Positions 1 to 13,948 of a stretch of 64,000 nt of DNA are shown here, piece after piece. A program made the translations under genes and the position numbers. The first letter of the stretch is position 1; the number at the start of each line of letters is the position of its first letter. The stretch covers positions 8,013,929 through 8,077,928 of the forward strand of contig NC_057759.1 of the NCBI RefSeq assembly GCF_004010195.1. The letters are read 5' to 3'. The notes under the pieces were generated by a model that was not told the origin of the DNA, did not search any database, and saw only the letters and a program-made list of their open reading frames with translations. The DNA is from Chiloscyllium plagiosum. Lineage: Eukaryota.

Positions 1-210
1 GTGTATGGAATGAGCTGCCAGAGGATGTGGTGGAGGCTGGTACAATTGCAACATTTAAGAGGCATTTGGATGTGTATATGAATAGGAAGGGTTTGGAAGG
101 ATATGGGCCGGGTGCTGGCAGGTGGGACGAGAGTTGGTTGGGATATCTGGTCGGCATGGACAGGTTGGACTGAAGGGTCTGTTTCCGTGCTGTCCATTTC
201 TATGACTCTA
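1..210 (+). mobile_element. CR1-type LINE 3' end
   Basis: TGGAATGAGCTGCCAGAGG ORF2 end, 3' UTR GAAGGGTCTGTTTCCGTGCTG and a CTATGACTCTA tail. Confidence 0.8.
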
Positions 211-214
211 ATTA

Positions 215-1560
215 ACCTGTCTAGTCTTGGAATTGATAGGTTTCAATGAGATTGCCCCACATTCTACTAAACTCCAGTGAGTAAAGTCTAATGGACTCAA
301 CCTCTCCTCATATGTCAGTCCTGCCATTCCAGGAATCAATTTAATAAGCCTTCACTCCACTTCCTGGATAGCAAGAGTATTTTTTCTCAGATGAAAAGAC
401 CAAATCTTTACACACTATTCTAGGTGTGGCCTCTCATCTTGTATAATTGCGGTAGGATATCTTTATTCCTGTACTCAGGTCCTCTTGCTGTGAAGGCCAT
501 AATACAGTTGGATGTCTTTACTGCCTGTTGCAGTTGCACGCTCATTTTCCACAACTGGTGCATGAGGACACCCAGGCCTTTTTGAGCATCCCCCTCCTCT
601 CAATTTACAACCACTTAATAATAATTTGCCTTCCTATTTTGGTTACTCATGTGGTCAATCTCACATTTAACCACATTACCCTGCATCTAACATTTATTTG
701 TTCACTTACTCAGCCTATCCAAATCACTCTGCAACATCTCTGCATCTTCCTCACAGCTCAACCTTCCACCCAGCTTTGTGTTGTCTGCAAATTTTGAGAT
801 TGTGCAATTTGTTCCTTCATCTAAGTCATTTTCATGTATATTGTGAATAGCTGGGGACCCAGTACCAATCCTGTTGTACCCACCAGTCACTGCCTGCTAT
901 TCAGAAGAAGACCCATTATTCCTACTGTTTGTTCCCTGTCTGCTAAACAGTTTTGTTTTGGAGGAGCTAATGAGCAAGTTAGACAAAGGAAAGCCAGTAG
1001 ATGAGATCTATTTGAATTTCCAGAAGGCTTTGACAAGATGCCATACAGGATGCTACTAAGTAAAATGAAAGCCCATAGTGTTAGGGGCAAGATACTGACA
1101 TGGATAGAGGATTGGCTGATTGATGGAAGGCGCAGAGGAGGGATAAAGGAGTCTTTTTCAGGATGGCAGGAGGTGACTCGTGGAGTTGGAATATTGTGAG
1201 CAGTTTTGGGCCCCATGTCGAAGAAAAGATATGCTGGATTGGAGCTGGTCCAGAGTAGGATTGCAAGACTGTTTCCAGGGATTAAGGGCTTGTCATATGA
1301 GGGGCAGTTGAGCGCTCTGGGCCTGTATGCTATGGATTTTAGAATGATGAGGGGGAATCTGATTGAAATTTGCAGAATACTTAGAGGCCTGGATAGAATG
1401 GACATAGAGAAGATCAGCCATGATCGAATGGTGGGGCAGACTCTGGGCTGAATGACCTAATTCTGCTCCTGTGGTTTTATCCATCTCAATGCACGGCCCT
1501 CAAACTCATGTGCTGTAATTTTACACATGAATCTCTTATGTGGGACTTTGTCAAAACCAA
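215..1560. mobile_element. Decayed CR1 RT fragments: a minus-strand copy interrupted by a plus-strand fragment at about 950-1475
   Basis: ISKFADNTKLGG on the minus strand; IYLNFQKA and LELVQSRIARLFPG on the plus strand. Confidence 0.75.
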
Positions 1561-1564
1561 AACC

Positions 1565-2125
1565 ATATCCACCTGCTTTCCACCAATTTTCAGAAGATGG
1601 TCTATATCCTAACTTTTTCTTATTTTTAAAAGTAAATCTAAAGTGTTGCATTCCAGATTTAAAACAAAACACAGTTTATTCATTCATTATGATTAAAAAA
1701 CAACAAAAGAAATAAGGAATTGGAATAACGTAACTCTTGGAAAACTTAACAGCATAATAGATGCAGTAACAATTACTAATTAATTGTTCCACTATAGCGA
1801 CCTCTCATAAATACACTCTTGTCAAATCCAGAAAGAGATTACATGAAGATGCCACTTCCGTAGCAGGCAGAGAGTCTCCAGCTTTTTGTTGTAACCAAGA
1901 GGTGCAAAAATAGCTTTCACTTCTTCCAGACCCCAATAGCAACTGCTGAGAGCTAAAGTAAAAATCCTCGTTCTGTGGGTCAGACCTTAATCATACACAT
2001 CCAGGCTGCTTTGATCGTTCCAGCTTGTTTAAAAAAAAACACCTTCACAAGTTGTTTGCCTTTTCATAGTTTGCCTGGCACTTGTTCTCTCTCTCTCTCT
2101 CTCTCTCAAATCAGAACTAAATAGT
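1565..2125 (-). mobile_element. Probable decayed solo LTR related to the LTRs at 44135 and 47093
   Basis: Shares blocks with 34784-35330 (AGAAGATGG, GAATTGG.ATAAC.TAACTCT, TGTTCCA.TATA) and with the reverse complement of the 44.5-kb LTR. Confidence 0.5.
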
Positions 2126-2494
2126 GGGGTTGCATTAGCTATCCTCCAATCTTTAGGGACTGTTCCAGAATTTTGGAAGATGACCATCAGTGCATTCGCT
2201 ATTTCTTTCCTTTCAGCATCTACTCTGTCAAGTTCTCTAAGAATCTTTCAGTAAGGTTGCCTCTTATTCCACTATATTCCAGCAAGTATAGGTTCTCCCT
2301 TCTCAGCTTCTCCTCAGAAGACAGTTCCTCCATTGAAGGCAGTCCATAGAGGAGAGTTGAGTGGACTGGGCTTGTATTGTGAGTCAAGTCATGCAGCACA
2401 GAAGAGCCTTTTCAATTAATCAATTCTGACTAACCCATCTACACTAATCCAACTTTCCAGTACTTGGCCCATAGCCTTAAATGTTATGACATTT

Positions 2495-3200
2495 AGAACA
2501 TAGAACAATACAGCACAGAACAGGCCCTTCAGCCCACGATGTTGTGCCGACCACTGATCCTCATGTATGCACCCTCAAATTTCTGTGACCATATGCATGT
2601 CCAGGAGTCTCTTAAATGTCCCCAATGACCCTGCCTCCACAACTGCTGATGGCAACGCATTCCATGCTCTCTCAACTCTCTGTGTAAAGAACCCGCCTCT
2701 GACATCCCCTCTATACTTTCCTCCAACCAGCTTAAAACTATGACCCTCGTGTTAGTCATTTCTGCCCTAGGAAATAGTCTCTGGCTATCGACTCTATCTA
2801 TGCCTCGCATTATCTTGTATACCTCAATTAGGTCCCCTCTTCTCCTCCTTTTCTCTAATGAAAAAAGTCCGAGCTCAGTCAACCTCTCCTCATGAGATAG
2901 GCCCTCCAGTCCAGGCAGAATCCTGGTAAACCTCCTCTGAACCCTCTCCAAAGAATCCACATCTTTCTTATAATAGGGTGACCAGAACTGGACACAGTAT
3001 TCCAAGTGCGGTCTAACCAAAGTTTTATAGAGCTGCAACAAGATCTCACGACTCTTAAACACAATCCAATGCACCATATGCTTTCTTAACAACCCTGTCT
3101 ACTTGGGTGGCCATTTTAAGGGATCTATGTACCTGCACGCCAAGATCCCTCTGCTCCTCCACACTGCCAAGAATCCTATCCTTAATCCTGTACTCAGCTC
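2495..3200 (-). mobile_element. Relatively young 5'-truncated CR1 LINE
   Basis: ORF 2529-3092 [26 protein letters not shown] tail repeats at the left end. Confidence 0.9.
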
Positions 3201-3904
3201 ATCTGGGTACTTTTAAAGATTTCTCACATCTGTTACCCTCTTTGCCTTGACCCAGCCGGGTCATCATGTGGGGAATTTCTGGGTGTCTTGATGTTGAGTT
3301 TGGGAGGGTGGGGAGATAGCTTGTACTGGTCTGGTTGGGTTGGATCAGCATTAGGAAATTTGTGCCAGCAATGTGCTTGGCCTCTGACTTGTTAACATGG
3401 TTCTGAGTTCATCCAGTTAAGCTTTAGATCAATGCTAAGTGCAAGCATGTTGATGATGGAAAATTTAGGGATGCCGTTAAATGTCATGGGGAGGTGGTTC
3501 AACTCTTGCCTCGATTGTCATGCTCATTGCCTGGCACTGGTTTGATTGTTTCTTGTACACTGGAATCTTGACCACCTCCTGCTGTAGGTGGACAAGACCA
3601 CTTCAGAATTTGGAATGGGATTAAACACTGCAGTTGTTAATATATGTCCAATTTCATTTGGCTATTTAGCATGTGTGATTAAATATCTTCCACTTGCTTG
3701 GATGAGTGTACTTATTGAACATTGAAGAAATTTGAAACCATGCAAAATAAGGCAAGCCATTTGAACAGCACCCCATGCATCATCTTAAATATACTATGTA
3801 TTGGAAGGGTTGCTGTTGACCAGCAGCTTAACTGGACTTGTTCTATAAATGCAATGGCAAGACTAAGTCAGCAGCTATATGTGAAATGGACTGTCCCCAA
3901 CATC

Positions 3905-5480
3905 TAACTTCCCCAAATTCCCAAGTCTTCATGTCTTTCTCCACGGTAAACACAGAGGAGAAATATTCATTGAGGACCTCACACATTTCCTGCAGTTCTA
4001 CCCTTACGTGTCCACTTTGGTCCTTGAGAGGTCGTAGTCTCACTCGTGTTGCTCTTTTTCCTTTAGTATACTTAAAGAACCACTTTAGATTCACCCTAAT
4101 CTTCTCAGCCTAGGCTATCATGTGCCCCTTTTTCGCCTTCCTGACTTCCTTCTTTAGTAAACTCCTGTAAATCCTATATAACTCCAGGGGTTCCCTTGAT
4201 CCCAGCTGCCGTTACCTGAGCCACAACTCTTCCTTTATTCTGATCAAAGCCTCAGGGTTCCCTGTTCCTGTCAATCTTGCCTTTCACCCTCTCAGGAACA
4301 TGTAGACCTGGAACTCTAGATGTCTCACTTTTAAAGGCCTCCCACTTGCCAGAGGTTCTTTTGCCTTCAAATAAACTACAGCAGTCAACCCCTGCAAGCT
4401 TCTGTCTAATTCCATTCACCTTGCCCCAGTTTAGACAGCTTGTACTGGTCTGGTTGGGTTGGATCAGTTTTGTTCCTCTCCGTAACTATCTTAAAATTAA
4501 TAGAACTATGGTCACTGGTTCCAAAGTACTTCATAGAATCCCTACAGTGTGGAAAAAGGGCCTTAGCCCAACAAGTCCACACTGACCTTCTGAAGAGTAA
4601 CCCACCCAGACCCATTCCCCAGCTATCCTATATATACACCAGACTAATGCACCCAACCTACACATCCCTGAACACTATGAGCAATTTAGCATAGCTAATT
4701 CACCTAACCTGCACATCTTTGGACTGTGGGAGGAAACTGGATCACCCAGAGGAAACTCACGCAGACACTGGGAGAATGTGCAAACTCCACACAGACAGTT
4801 GCCCAAAGCTGGAATCGAACCCAGGTCCATGGTGGTGTGAGACAGAAGTGCTAACTACTGAGCCACCGTGCTCCTCCGCGGTCAACCCTGTCACCTGCCT
4901 TGCCCTGTTTCCCAAGAGTAGGTTGAGTTTTACCCCTTCCCAATTAGGAGCCTCTACATACAGCTTGAGGAAACTTTCCTGAATGCGCATAACAAATTCC
5001 ATTCCATCTATGCATTTAACTCTGTGTTAATCCCAGGCTGTGTTAGGAACATTAAAATGACAATGCTATTGCTCCTGCAGGTCTCCCTAGTCTCCCTGCA
5101 TTTTTGATCCTCTAATTCCCATTCACAATTTGGGAGCTTATAATACAACGCCAGTAACGTCACCATCTCCTTATTTCTTAGCTCTACCCACAAAGCCTCA
5201 CTGGGTGATTTTTCAGTTATTTCATCTCCGATTACTGCAGTGATGCAACTCCACCTCACTTCTTTCCACCACTTCTGTCCCACCTAAAGCCCTGGGAGCC
5301 TGCTAAATTAAATTGTCAGTCCTGTCCCTCCCTTAGTCATGTTTCTGTAATGGCTATAGCTCCACGCTCTGAGTTCATTGGCCTTTACCTATCAGTCCTC
5401 TTGCATTGAAGTAGATGCAATTTAATCCAACAGGCATTCTTTGCTCCCTTTCATGTCTTACCTGTCTCTTCACCTGTTGG
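3905..5480 (-). mobile_element. Decayed CR1 LINE (endonuclease and linker region), interrupted by a SINE
   Basis: EVLNEYFSSVFTVE, SDHSSINF, SEALWVELRN on the minus strand. Confidence 0.75.
4535..4878 (-). mobile_element. HE1-type tRNA-derived SINE
   Basis: Reverse complement has an A box (GGTGGCTCAGTAGTTAGCA), a B box (GGTTCGATTCC) and the core GGAGTTTGCACATTCTCCC. Confidence 0.85.
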
Positions 5481-5650
5481 CTGAAATGTCTGTGTTTTTA
5501 TTATGGAAGATTTAACTATAGAAGAATTCATCTGATCAAAAAGTTAATTTTAATATGCTTTAGTTCAGGTGAGCTCTTCAGTTATGGACAAAAATAATTA
5601 ACTTAATTATGAAGCTCTGGACTAATACTTTTTGTTTGACTCATTTTTAG

Positions 5651-5866
5651 CTACGTCTGGCAGCACTTCATCAAATCTTGGTGTTACTTTCTGGAATGGA
5701 GGAAAAGGGCAGCCAGTTAACAGGAAGTAATTCTGTGACTTCATGGTTCCATTCCACTTCTTTACTCACATCAGTCAGATTACAATTCCTGGCAGGATGC
5801 TTTGGCCTGGGCACAGTGGGGAATGCAGGAATCAAAGGTGAAAGTGTCCAACTGCATCACTATCAG
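5651..5866 (+). CDS. HERC1: HERC1 internal exon (window exon 1), 216 nt, LRLAALHQILVLLSGMEEKG...LHHYQ
   Basis: Acceptor tcatttttag|CTA and donor CAG|gtactt; phase 0-0. The peptide matches vertebrate HERC1 as I recall it (SVRLQFLAGCFGLGTVG). Confidence 0.95.
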
Positions 5867-6559
5867 GTACTTACCAAATGTAATCATCAGATTAGGGAGT
5901 GATTGAGGTTAATCTGAAATACAAAGTCTGTTGATTTATAATAAAACTCCATTTTATTTATCTTAAAATTTCTGTTTGAAAATGTGATCCATGGAAATAC
6001 AACATTAAAATAAAAATTGGATAATATTATCCAGTTGCAAATAGTCCTTTTTCTCATGTTCTGAATTTTGTGTTAATAAACTTTGTGATGGTTATACATC
6101 TATTGCATTTTCAAATCAAGTCTATATTTAAAGTGATGTAAAAATTGTTTGGTATTTCTAATTGCTCACTCCTTGAAATTTATTATTGCAAATCAGATTT
6201 TACAGATTATTGCTATAGTTGTCAACCCACAATGTTTTCCTGAAATCAAGCATGTTTATGGAGAGATCTGTGGAATCTATGGAGGGGATGTATGTATTCT
6301 GTGATTTCCTCTCCAGATGGGACAAAGTTGTACTCATCCTTCATTCCTTGAAATACAAACCTGACCTGCTTAGCATTTCCAACACTTTTTCAACTTGAGC
6401 TTACCTGGGAACAGATCAGAATTGCTCCTCAGCAATTATTCATGGACATGCAGTGCATTGGAATGGCAACCAGAGTGACTGAATCATGTTCTCCTCACAT
6501 GAAATCTATGTATTTATTTTAAAAGTTCTGATGGCTGAACATTGTAGAATGATTTGAGC

Positions 6560-9378
6560 AAAGTATTTGCTCGAGGACAGACAGTTGATGGGGCAAATTT
6601 GCAGCCAGTGTGACAGGTTGAAGTGTGTCAATTGTAACGCAAAGTGTGTCAGGAATAAGGGTGATGAACGTAGAGCATGAATTAGTATTTAGAGCTACGA
6701 TGTGCTGGCCATTACGGAGACTTGGATATCACAGGGGCAGGAATGATTGTTGGATGTTCCGGGTACTAGATGTTCCAAAAGAAATGGGGAGGGAGGTAAA
6801 AGAGGTCGGGGAGTGGCATTACTAATCAGGGATAGTATCACAGCTGCACAAAGGGAGGTCGTCGAGGAGGGTTTGTCTACCTAGTCAGTATGGGTGGAAG
6901 TCAGAACCTGATCATGAGGAGCAGTCACCTTATTGGGAGTTATCTATAGACCAACCAATACCAATAGGGACACAGAGGAGCAGATTAGGCGACAGATTTT
7001 AGAAAGGTGCAGAAGTAACAAGGTTGTTGTCATGGGTGACTTCAACTTCCTGAATATTGATTGGATCTTCCTTAGTACAAATAGTTTGGATGGAGCAGAT
7101 TTTGTCAGGTGTGTCCAGGAAGGATTCCTGACTCAATGCGTATGTAGACTGACTAGAGGGGGGCGCCATATTCTATTTGGTGCTTGGCAATGAACCAGGT
7201 CAGATGTCAGATCTCTTGGTGGGAGAGCATTTCGTTGATAGTGATCATAAGTCTCTGAATTTTACATAGTCGTGGAGAGGAATAGGAGCAGACAGTATGG
7301 GAAAGTATTTGATTAGGGGAGGGAGAATTACAATGCTATTAGGCAGGAACTGTGGAACATACATTGGGAGCAGATATGTTCTCAGGAAAATACATGACGG
7401 AAATGTGGAGGTTATTAAGGGAGCACTTTCTCTGAGTGCTGGATGGGTTTGTCCCACTGAGGCAAGGAAGGCATGGTGGGATGAAGGAACCTTGGATGAC
7501 AAAAATGTGAAACGTCTAGTCACGAGAAAGAAGAAAGCTTATTAACGGTTGAGGAAGCAAGGATCAGACAGGGCTCTAGAGGGTTCTGGTAATCAGGAAG
7601 GAACTGAAGAATGGACTTAGGAGAGCTAGAAGGGGGCAAGAAAAAGCCTTGGTTGGTAAGATTAAGGAAAACCTATGTGAGGAACAAGAGGATGGCCAGA
7701 GTGAGGGTAGCACTGATGAAGGATAATGGAGGGTATCTATGCCTGGAGTTGGAAGAGGTAAGGGAGGTCCTTAATGAATATTTTGCTTTAGTATTCAGTA
7801 GTGAGAGGGAACTTATTGTTTGTGAGGACAGCATGAAACAGATTGGTGAGAAGGGGGATGTGCTGGAAATTTTGAGAAACGTGAGGATAGATAAGTCCCC
7901 TGGGCCAGACGGGATATACCCAAGGTTACTACAGGAAGGGAGGGAAGAGGTTGCTGTACCTTTGGCAATGATCTTTGCATCCTCACTGTCCAGTGGAGTA
8001 GTACCAGATGATTGGAAGATGGCAAATGTTATTTCCTTGTTCAAGAAAGGGAATAGGAACAACCCTGGGAATTACAGACCGATCAGTCTTACATCAGTGG
8101 TAGGCAAATTATTGGAGAGGATTGTGAGAGATAGGGTTTATGATTATTTGGAAAAGCATGGTTTGATTAGAGATGGTCAGCATGGCTTTGTGAGGAGCCT
8201 TATTGAATTATTTGAGGATGTGACAAGACACTTTGATGAAGATAGAGCAGTGGATTTGGTATACATGGATCTTAGCAAGGCATTTGATAAGGTTCCCCAT
8301 GGTAGCTTATTCAGAAAGTAAAGAGGCATGGGATACAGGGAAATCTGGCTGTCTGGATCCAAACTCTGGCTAGCCCATAGAAGACAGTGGTAGTGGATGG
8401 AGCTCTGTGACCAGTGGTGTTCTGCAGGGATCTGTTCTTGGACCTCTGCTGTTTGTTTTTTTAAAAATGACATGGATAAGGAAGTGGAAAAGTGGGTTAG
8501 TAAGTTGGCCAATGATAGGAAGGTTGGTGGAGTGTTGGATAGTGTGGAGGGCTGTGGTAGGTTGCAACGGGACGTTGACAGGATGCAGAACTGGGCTGAG
8601 AAATGACAGATGAAGTTCACCCTGGAAAAGTGTGAAGTGATTCTGTTTGGTTGATCAAATTTGAATGCAGAATGCAGGGTTAAAGGCAGGATTCATGGCA
8701 ATGTCAAATAACAGAAGGATCTTGTGGTTGCCAAGATCACTCAAAGTTACCACCAAAGTTGTTAGGGTTGTTAAGAAGGCATATGATATGTTGGCTTTCA
8801 TTCGCAAGGAGCTTGAGTTTAAGAGTGACGAGTTATGCTGTAGCTCTATTAAGCCCTGGTTAGACCACACTTGGAATATTGTGTTCAGATTTGATCGTCT
8901 CATCGTAGGAAGGGTGTGGAAGCTTTAGAGAGGGTGCAGACGAGATTTATCAGGATGGTGCCTGGACTGGAGGGCGTGTCTTATGAAGAAAGATTGAGGA
9001 AGCTCGGGCTTTTCTTACCGAAGAGACAAAGGATGAGAGATGACTTGATAGAAGTGTACAAGATGATAGGCATAGATAGAGTGGATAGCCAGAGACTTTT
9101 TCCCAGGTGGAAATGGCTATCATGAGAGTGCATAATTTTGTAGTGATTGGAGGATGGTTTAGGGACGATGTCAGAGTTCTTTACATAGAGAGTGTTGAGT
9201 GCTTGGAATACACTGCCAGCAGTGGTAGTAGCGTCAGAAACATTAGCGACATTGGATAGGGACATTAATGATAGTAAAATGTAGGGTATGTAGATTAGTT
9301 TGATCTTAGAGTAGGATAAAAAGTTGGCACACCATCGAGCGTCGAAGGGCTCGAACATACTGTTCTATGTTCTATGAA
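6560..9378 (+). mobile_element. CR1 LINE, near-complete but frameshifted ORF2 (APE endonuclease + RT)
   Basis: GVIYRP, VVMGDFN, KSPGPDGIYP, NYRPISLTS, MDLSKAFDKVPH; TGTTCTA tail. Confidence 0.92.
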
Positions 9379-9419
9379 GCATTCAGCACAGGAACTTAGG
9401 TCTTTGGGAATAATATGTA

Positions 9420-10570
9420 ATATCGACAGGTTGACGAAGGTCGAGCAATGGATGTGGTGTGTTGGACTTCAGCAAGGCATTTGATAACGTTCAGCATGGC
9501 AGGCTCATACATAAAGTCAGGAAGTATGGGATACAGGAAGATTTGATTATCTGGATTCAGAATTGGTTGGCTGATAGAAGGTAGAGAGTGGTTGTAGATG
9601 GAAAGTTTTCTGCCTGGAGGTCAGTATTGAGTGGTGTCCCACAGGGCTGTGTTCTTGGGCCTCTGCTCTTTGTAGTTTTTATAAATGACTTTGATGAGGA
9701 GGTTGAGGTGTTGGTTAGTAACTTTGCAGATGACACAAAGGCTGGAGGTGCTGTTCATAGTATTGAGGGCTATTACAGGCTGCAGCACAACATAGACAGG
9801 ATGCAGAGCTGGGCTGAGAATTGGCAGATGGAGTTCAACCTGTATAAATGCGAAGTGATGCATTTTGGAAGGTCGAACTTGAATGCTGAATATAGGATTA
9901 AAGACAGTGTTCTTGGCAGTGTGGAGGAACAGAGGGATTTTGGTGTTCCAGTTCATAATTACCACACAAGTGGATAAGATTGTTAAGAAAGCATATGGTG
10001 TTTTGGCTTTCATTAACAAGGGGATCGAGTTTAAGGGCCGTGAGGCTTTGCTATAGCTCTACAAGTCTCTGGTGAGACCACACTTGGAATATTGTGTCCA
10101 GTTCTGGTTGCCCTACTATAGGAAAAATACAGGGGCTTTGGAGAGGGTGCACATAAGGTTTACCAGGATGCTGCCTGGACTGGAGGGCTTCCCTTGTGAA
10201 GAGAGGTCGAGTAAGCTCGGACATTTATCTCTGGAGAGGAGGAGGAAGAGAGGTATACAAGGTAATGAGAGGCTTGGATAGAATCAATAGCCAGAGATTT
10301 TTCTCCAGGGCACGATTGACTGGTACAAGGGGTCATAGTTTTAAGATATTAGGAGAAAGGTATAGAGGGGACGTCAGAGGTAGGATCTTTACGCAGAGAG
10401 TTGTGAGTGTATGGAATGCGTTGCCAGCAGTGGTGGTGGAAGTAGAGACATTGGGGACATTTAAGCGACTGCTAGGCAGTGAATTGAGGGGTGTGTAGGT
10501 TAAGTTATTTTATTTACATTAGGTTTAACCCTTGGCACAGCATTGTGGGCTGAAGAGCCTGTTCTCTATC
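9420..10570 (+). mobile_element. 5'-truncated CR1 LINE
   Basis: [30 protein letters not shown]. Confidence 0.9.
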
Positions 10571-10714
10571 ATTATTGGGCTGTTGTCTTGATCTAACAGC
10601 TCCTCTGTCTGGATGAATTGAAGAATCAACAAGTCTTTTGAGTGGGATTCAAACTTCATTGTCTGATTCCAAGATGACAGTGATACCATTATGTTTGGCC
10701 TGACTTAAATAAAA

Positions 10715-10948
10715 ATAAAAGTCATGCAATGCCAGGTTATCATCCAACATGTTTACTTAGAAGTACAAGCTGTTGGAGAACTGCTCCTCCATCGGGCAGC
10801 TAGTGGGGCAGGATCATAGGACACTCTGTTCCTGACGAGAAGCAGTGCTCTGAAAACTTGTACTCCCAAGTAAACCTGTTGGACTATATCTTGGTATTGT
10901 GTGATTTTTAACTTTGTCTGCTCCAGTCCAACACTGGCACCTTCACAT
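10715..10948 (+). mobile_element. PLE-derived fold-back element (AGCT-hammerhead family), decayed
   Basis: Imperfect inverted arms; degenerate CTGACGA...GAAAACTT at 10832-10859; 3' tail CCAGTCCAACACTGGCACCTTCACAT shared with the 13949 copy. Confidence 0.7.
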
Positions 10949-11935
10949 CTTAATTAAGATGGGTGAATTCTGCAAAAAGTCCTTTTGTGCACAAAGGGTC
11001 TTAGAGGTACATTTGGCATAAGCATAGCAAATAAAAGAACATTGGCTGGGGAGAAGTAGGCACCAATAAGGGTACCCACCTGATCAGTCCCTGACCATAT
11101 TTCTCAACCCAATCCATTATCCATTCATTTTCAAAGTAAATCAGTTATAGTTTTCAGTTGGAGAGCTTACAGGTCAGTGGATAATTGGATCAGAAAGCAC
11201 AGATTTCAGTTCCAAGACTAAAGACTATTATTCTGTCCTTAGTTTTCCATTTCCATTTATCAATTGCCCATCCATACACACGTATGATGGAAAGTACCTG
11301 TTATGATTCGCCATTACAAGCAGTGGCAGTGCAGTAACTCCACTAGACATATCATATAATTATTGTTTGACAAATTTGCACCTGGCAATTTCTGCTAAAA
11401 ATCAAGAAAATAAACAGTTTAAAAGGGACAGGAAGTGTGTCGGTGTTTTTTAAAAAAAAAATTTAATGTTTTTAAATATTTTTAAAAATTAAGGTTAATT
11501 GAAGTGGTTGATGATGATTCTTATCTTCTGCATCAGGAGACTGCAGTTGGAGCCCTTCTCAGAGCTACACACTTGGATTACTGTCTTTCTGTTGATATTT
11601 AAACCTTTTTTGGTTGTCATAATAGACCCTGAGGCATTATTTTTGAAGAAAAGCAGGGAACCTTTTCCTGATGCACTGACCAATGTTCATCCCTTAACAT
11701 TGCGAACTTCAGTTCTCATTATAGTTTATTGCAAATTGGCTGTCCCCTTTCCCCAAATCGAAACAGTGATTGCACTTCAAGATGTATTGAACTGGTTGTA
11801 GAATGATATGGGCATCCTGGGGTTGTGAAAAGTGTTAAAAAGTTACTGTCTTCCTTTAAATTCCATCTGTAAGTATTAATGATATTTGAATGGAGTCTGT
11901 CAAGATTTACACAACGTATTAACTTGATCATTCAG

Positions 11936-12056
11936 GACGGTATTAGGGCTGCCAAGAGAAGCATTCAGGTGGATATCCAGAGTGCAGTTCACAAGATCTA
12001 CCAACAACTATCTGCTACCCTCGATCGGGCCTTGCAAGCAAATAAGCACCACATTG
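11936..12056 (+). CDS. HERC1: HERC1 exon 2, 121 nt, DGIRAAKRSIQ...ANKHHI
   Basis: ttcag|GAC ... ATTG|gtaagg; phase 0-1; frame continuous with both neighbours. Confidence 0.95.
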
Positions 12057-13948
12057 GTAAGGAGCTGAAGTGTTACATTAAAAACTGGAAAATTTGAGAT
12101 GCTGGTAATCATGGACTTTTCTTTCAAAAGGGTCAGCTCTCATCCTCCTTTGGTTTTCATCCCTTCTTTAGTGGTGCCATTATGTTTAGAAAAGTATAAA
12201 GTCAAAACTAAACACAATAATATATATAATTTATGTATATGGTTTTCTGTTAACGATAATACTTGTATGCAGTAAAATCTTGTTCAGTATCCAAATTCTG
12301 TATTCTGCTCAACACTTGCATGTCATTGACGCTGCTCTTAAATTGATTGGTATTTAATGTTCAAAATATTTTCTATTCTTCAAAATAAACTTTGTAAAAT
12401 GTACTGTAATGTAAATTCAGCATTACAGGCTTTTGTTTCAACAGCAGTGACTGCAGCTGAGTTTTAATAATTTGAACAATAATAAACTGTATATTCCTTT
12501 ACTTAGAATGGTTATAGCACAGGAGAGTAATTATGTCTGTCCCAGCTCTCTAAGAGCAACTCTGCTGGTTTCACTCCTGTGGCACTACAAAGTTTTCACC
12601 CTTCAAATGCTTATCGATTTCCTTTTGAAAGCTGTGATTGAACCTACCTCCATCACACTCCTCAGTAACTGGGCATGGTTCATAACAACCTGCTGTCTGA
12701 AAACACCATCTTTGATTCTTTTGCTTACTATGTTCAATTGGTGTGCTGTCGTTGTGGAACCTCCCACTAGTTAGAACTGTTTCTGTCTCTTGATTCAATC
12801 TACAACCATTATTTTCTGTGCCTCACACCCACGTCTTCTCCAAGGAAGACAGTCCTAGTTTCTTCGACCTGACCTCTAACAGAAATCATTCAGCTCTGGA
12901 AATATATTCATAAAACTTTCCTGCATCCTTTCTAAAGCCGTCACATCCTTCCTAAAGGGCAACATATTGAAGATAGTGGACACTGAGGCCAAATCTGTAA
13001 ACTGATTTCAAGATCCTTGCTTTTTAACTCTGTATTTATGCAATTCTTAATTATGTTCACATTTAAATCACTTTAACAGTTTGTCTTACCACCTTCAATC
13101 ATTTGTGCATGAATACTCCTGATGTCTCTATCTTTGCACTTCCTTTAGAATGTATAACCTTTGGTTAAATTGCTTCACTTAGTCCGTCATATAAGAATCT
13201 ATCAGTTCAATTCTGTATTAAATTTGTCACATTTACAACCATTGTATTAATCTGTTTGTGTTCTCTTGTCTATCACTATCCTCCTTATTGTTCAAGTTCC
13301 AAATGTGAATATCAAGTTCCAGTATTGAAATTTTGCCCTGTGCACCCAAGTCTAAATCGTTAATAAACATATACATGAAGACAACCGAGGCCCTAAGATC
13401 AGGCCTTGGTGAAACTCACCATATACCTCCTTCCTGTTTGAAGAACAATCGTCGACTGCTACTGTTTCATGCCACTCAGCCACTTAGTGCTCATACGGCC
13501 GCTCTGCTCAATCCATGGGCTGCAGCTTGCTTGCTTGCCTATTATGTGGCATTTCATCAAACACCATGCACATCGTATCTACATCATTATCCTCATAAGT
13601 GTTTTTAATCTTTTTCAAAAAAACTCAAATCGAGTTAGTTAACTTTCTTGGATTTCCTTGATTAATCCACACATGTGGAAGTGACTTAAGGTTTTGATCC
13701 TTAATATAAATTATGTAAGCTTTTCCACCACTTAGTTGGATTATCTGTAGTTGCTGAGTTCATCCTTACATGCTCTTGTTCAAAAAAGGAGTTGCTGATG
13801 ACTTTGGCAGCATCTTCTTGGTAAAAGAAAGTGCAAAGTACTCATTTATCACCTTGGGACATTCCTTTGCTTTAATGTGCATCAGTCCTTTATGGTCCCT
13901 GATTGATCCAACCTCTCCTCTTTCTACCCTTTTATTACTTAAGTATTA

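Noticed and set aside
6560..9378. Active autonomous LINE or domesticated RT gene
   Set aside because: ORF2 has many frameshifts and stops, and the catalytic FADD motif reads LAND. No retroelement in the window has an intact ORF.
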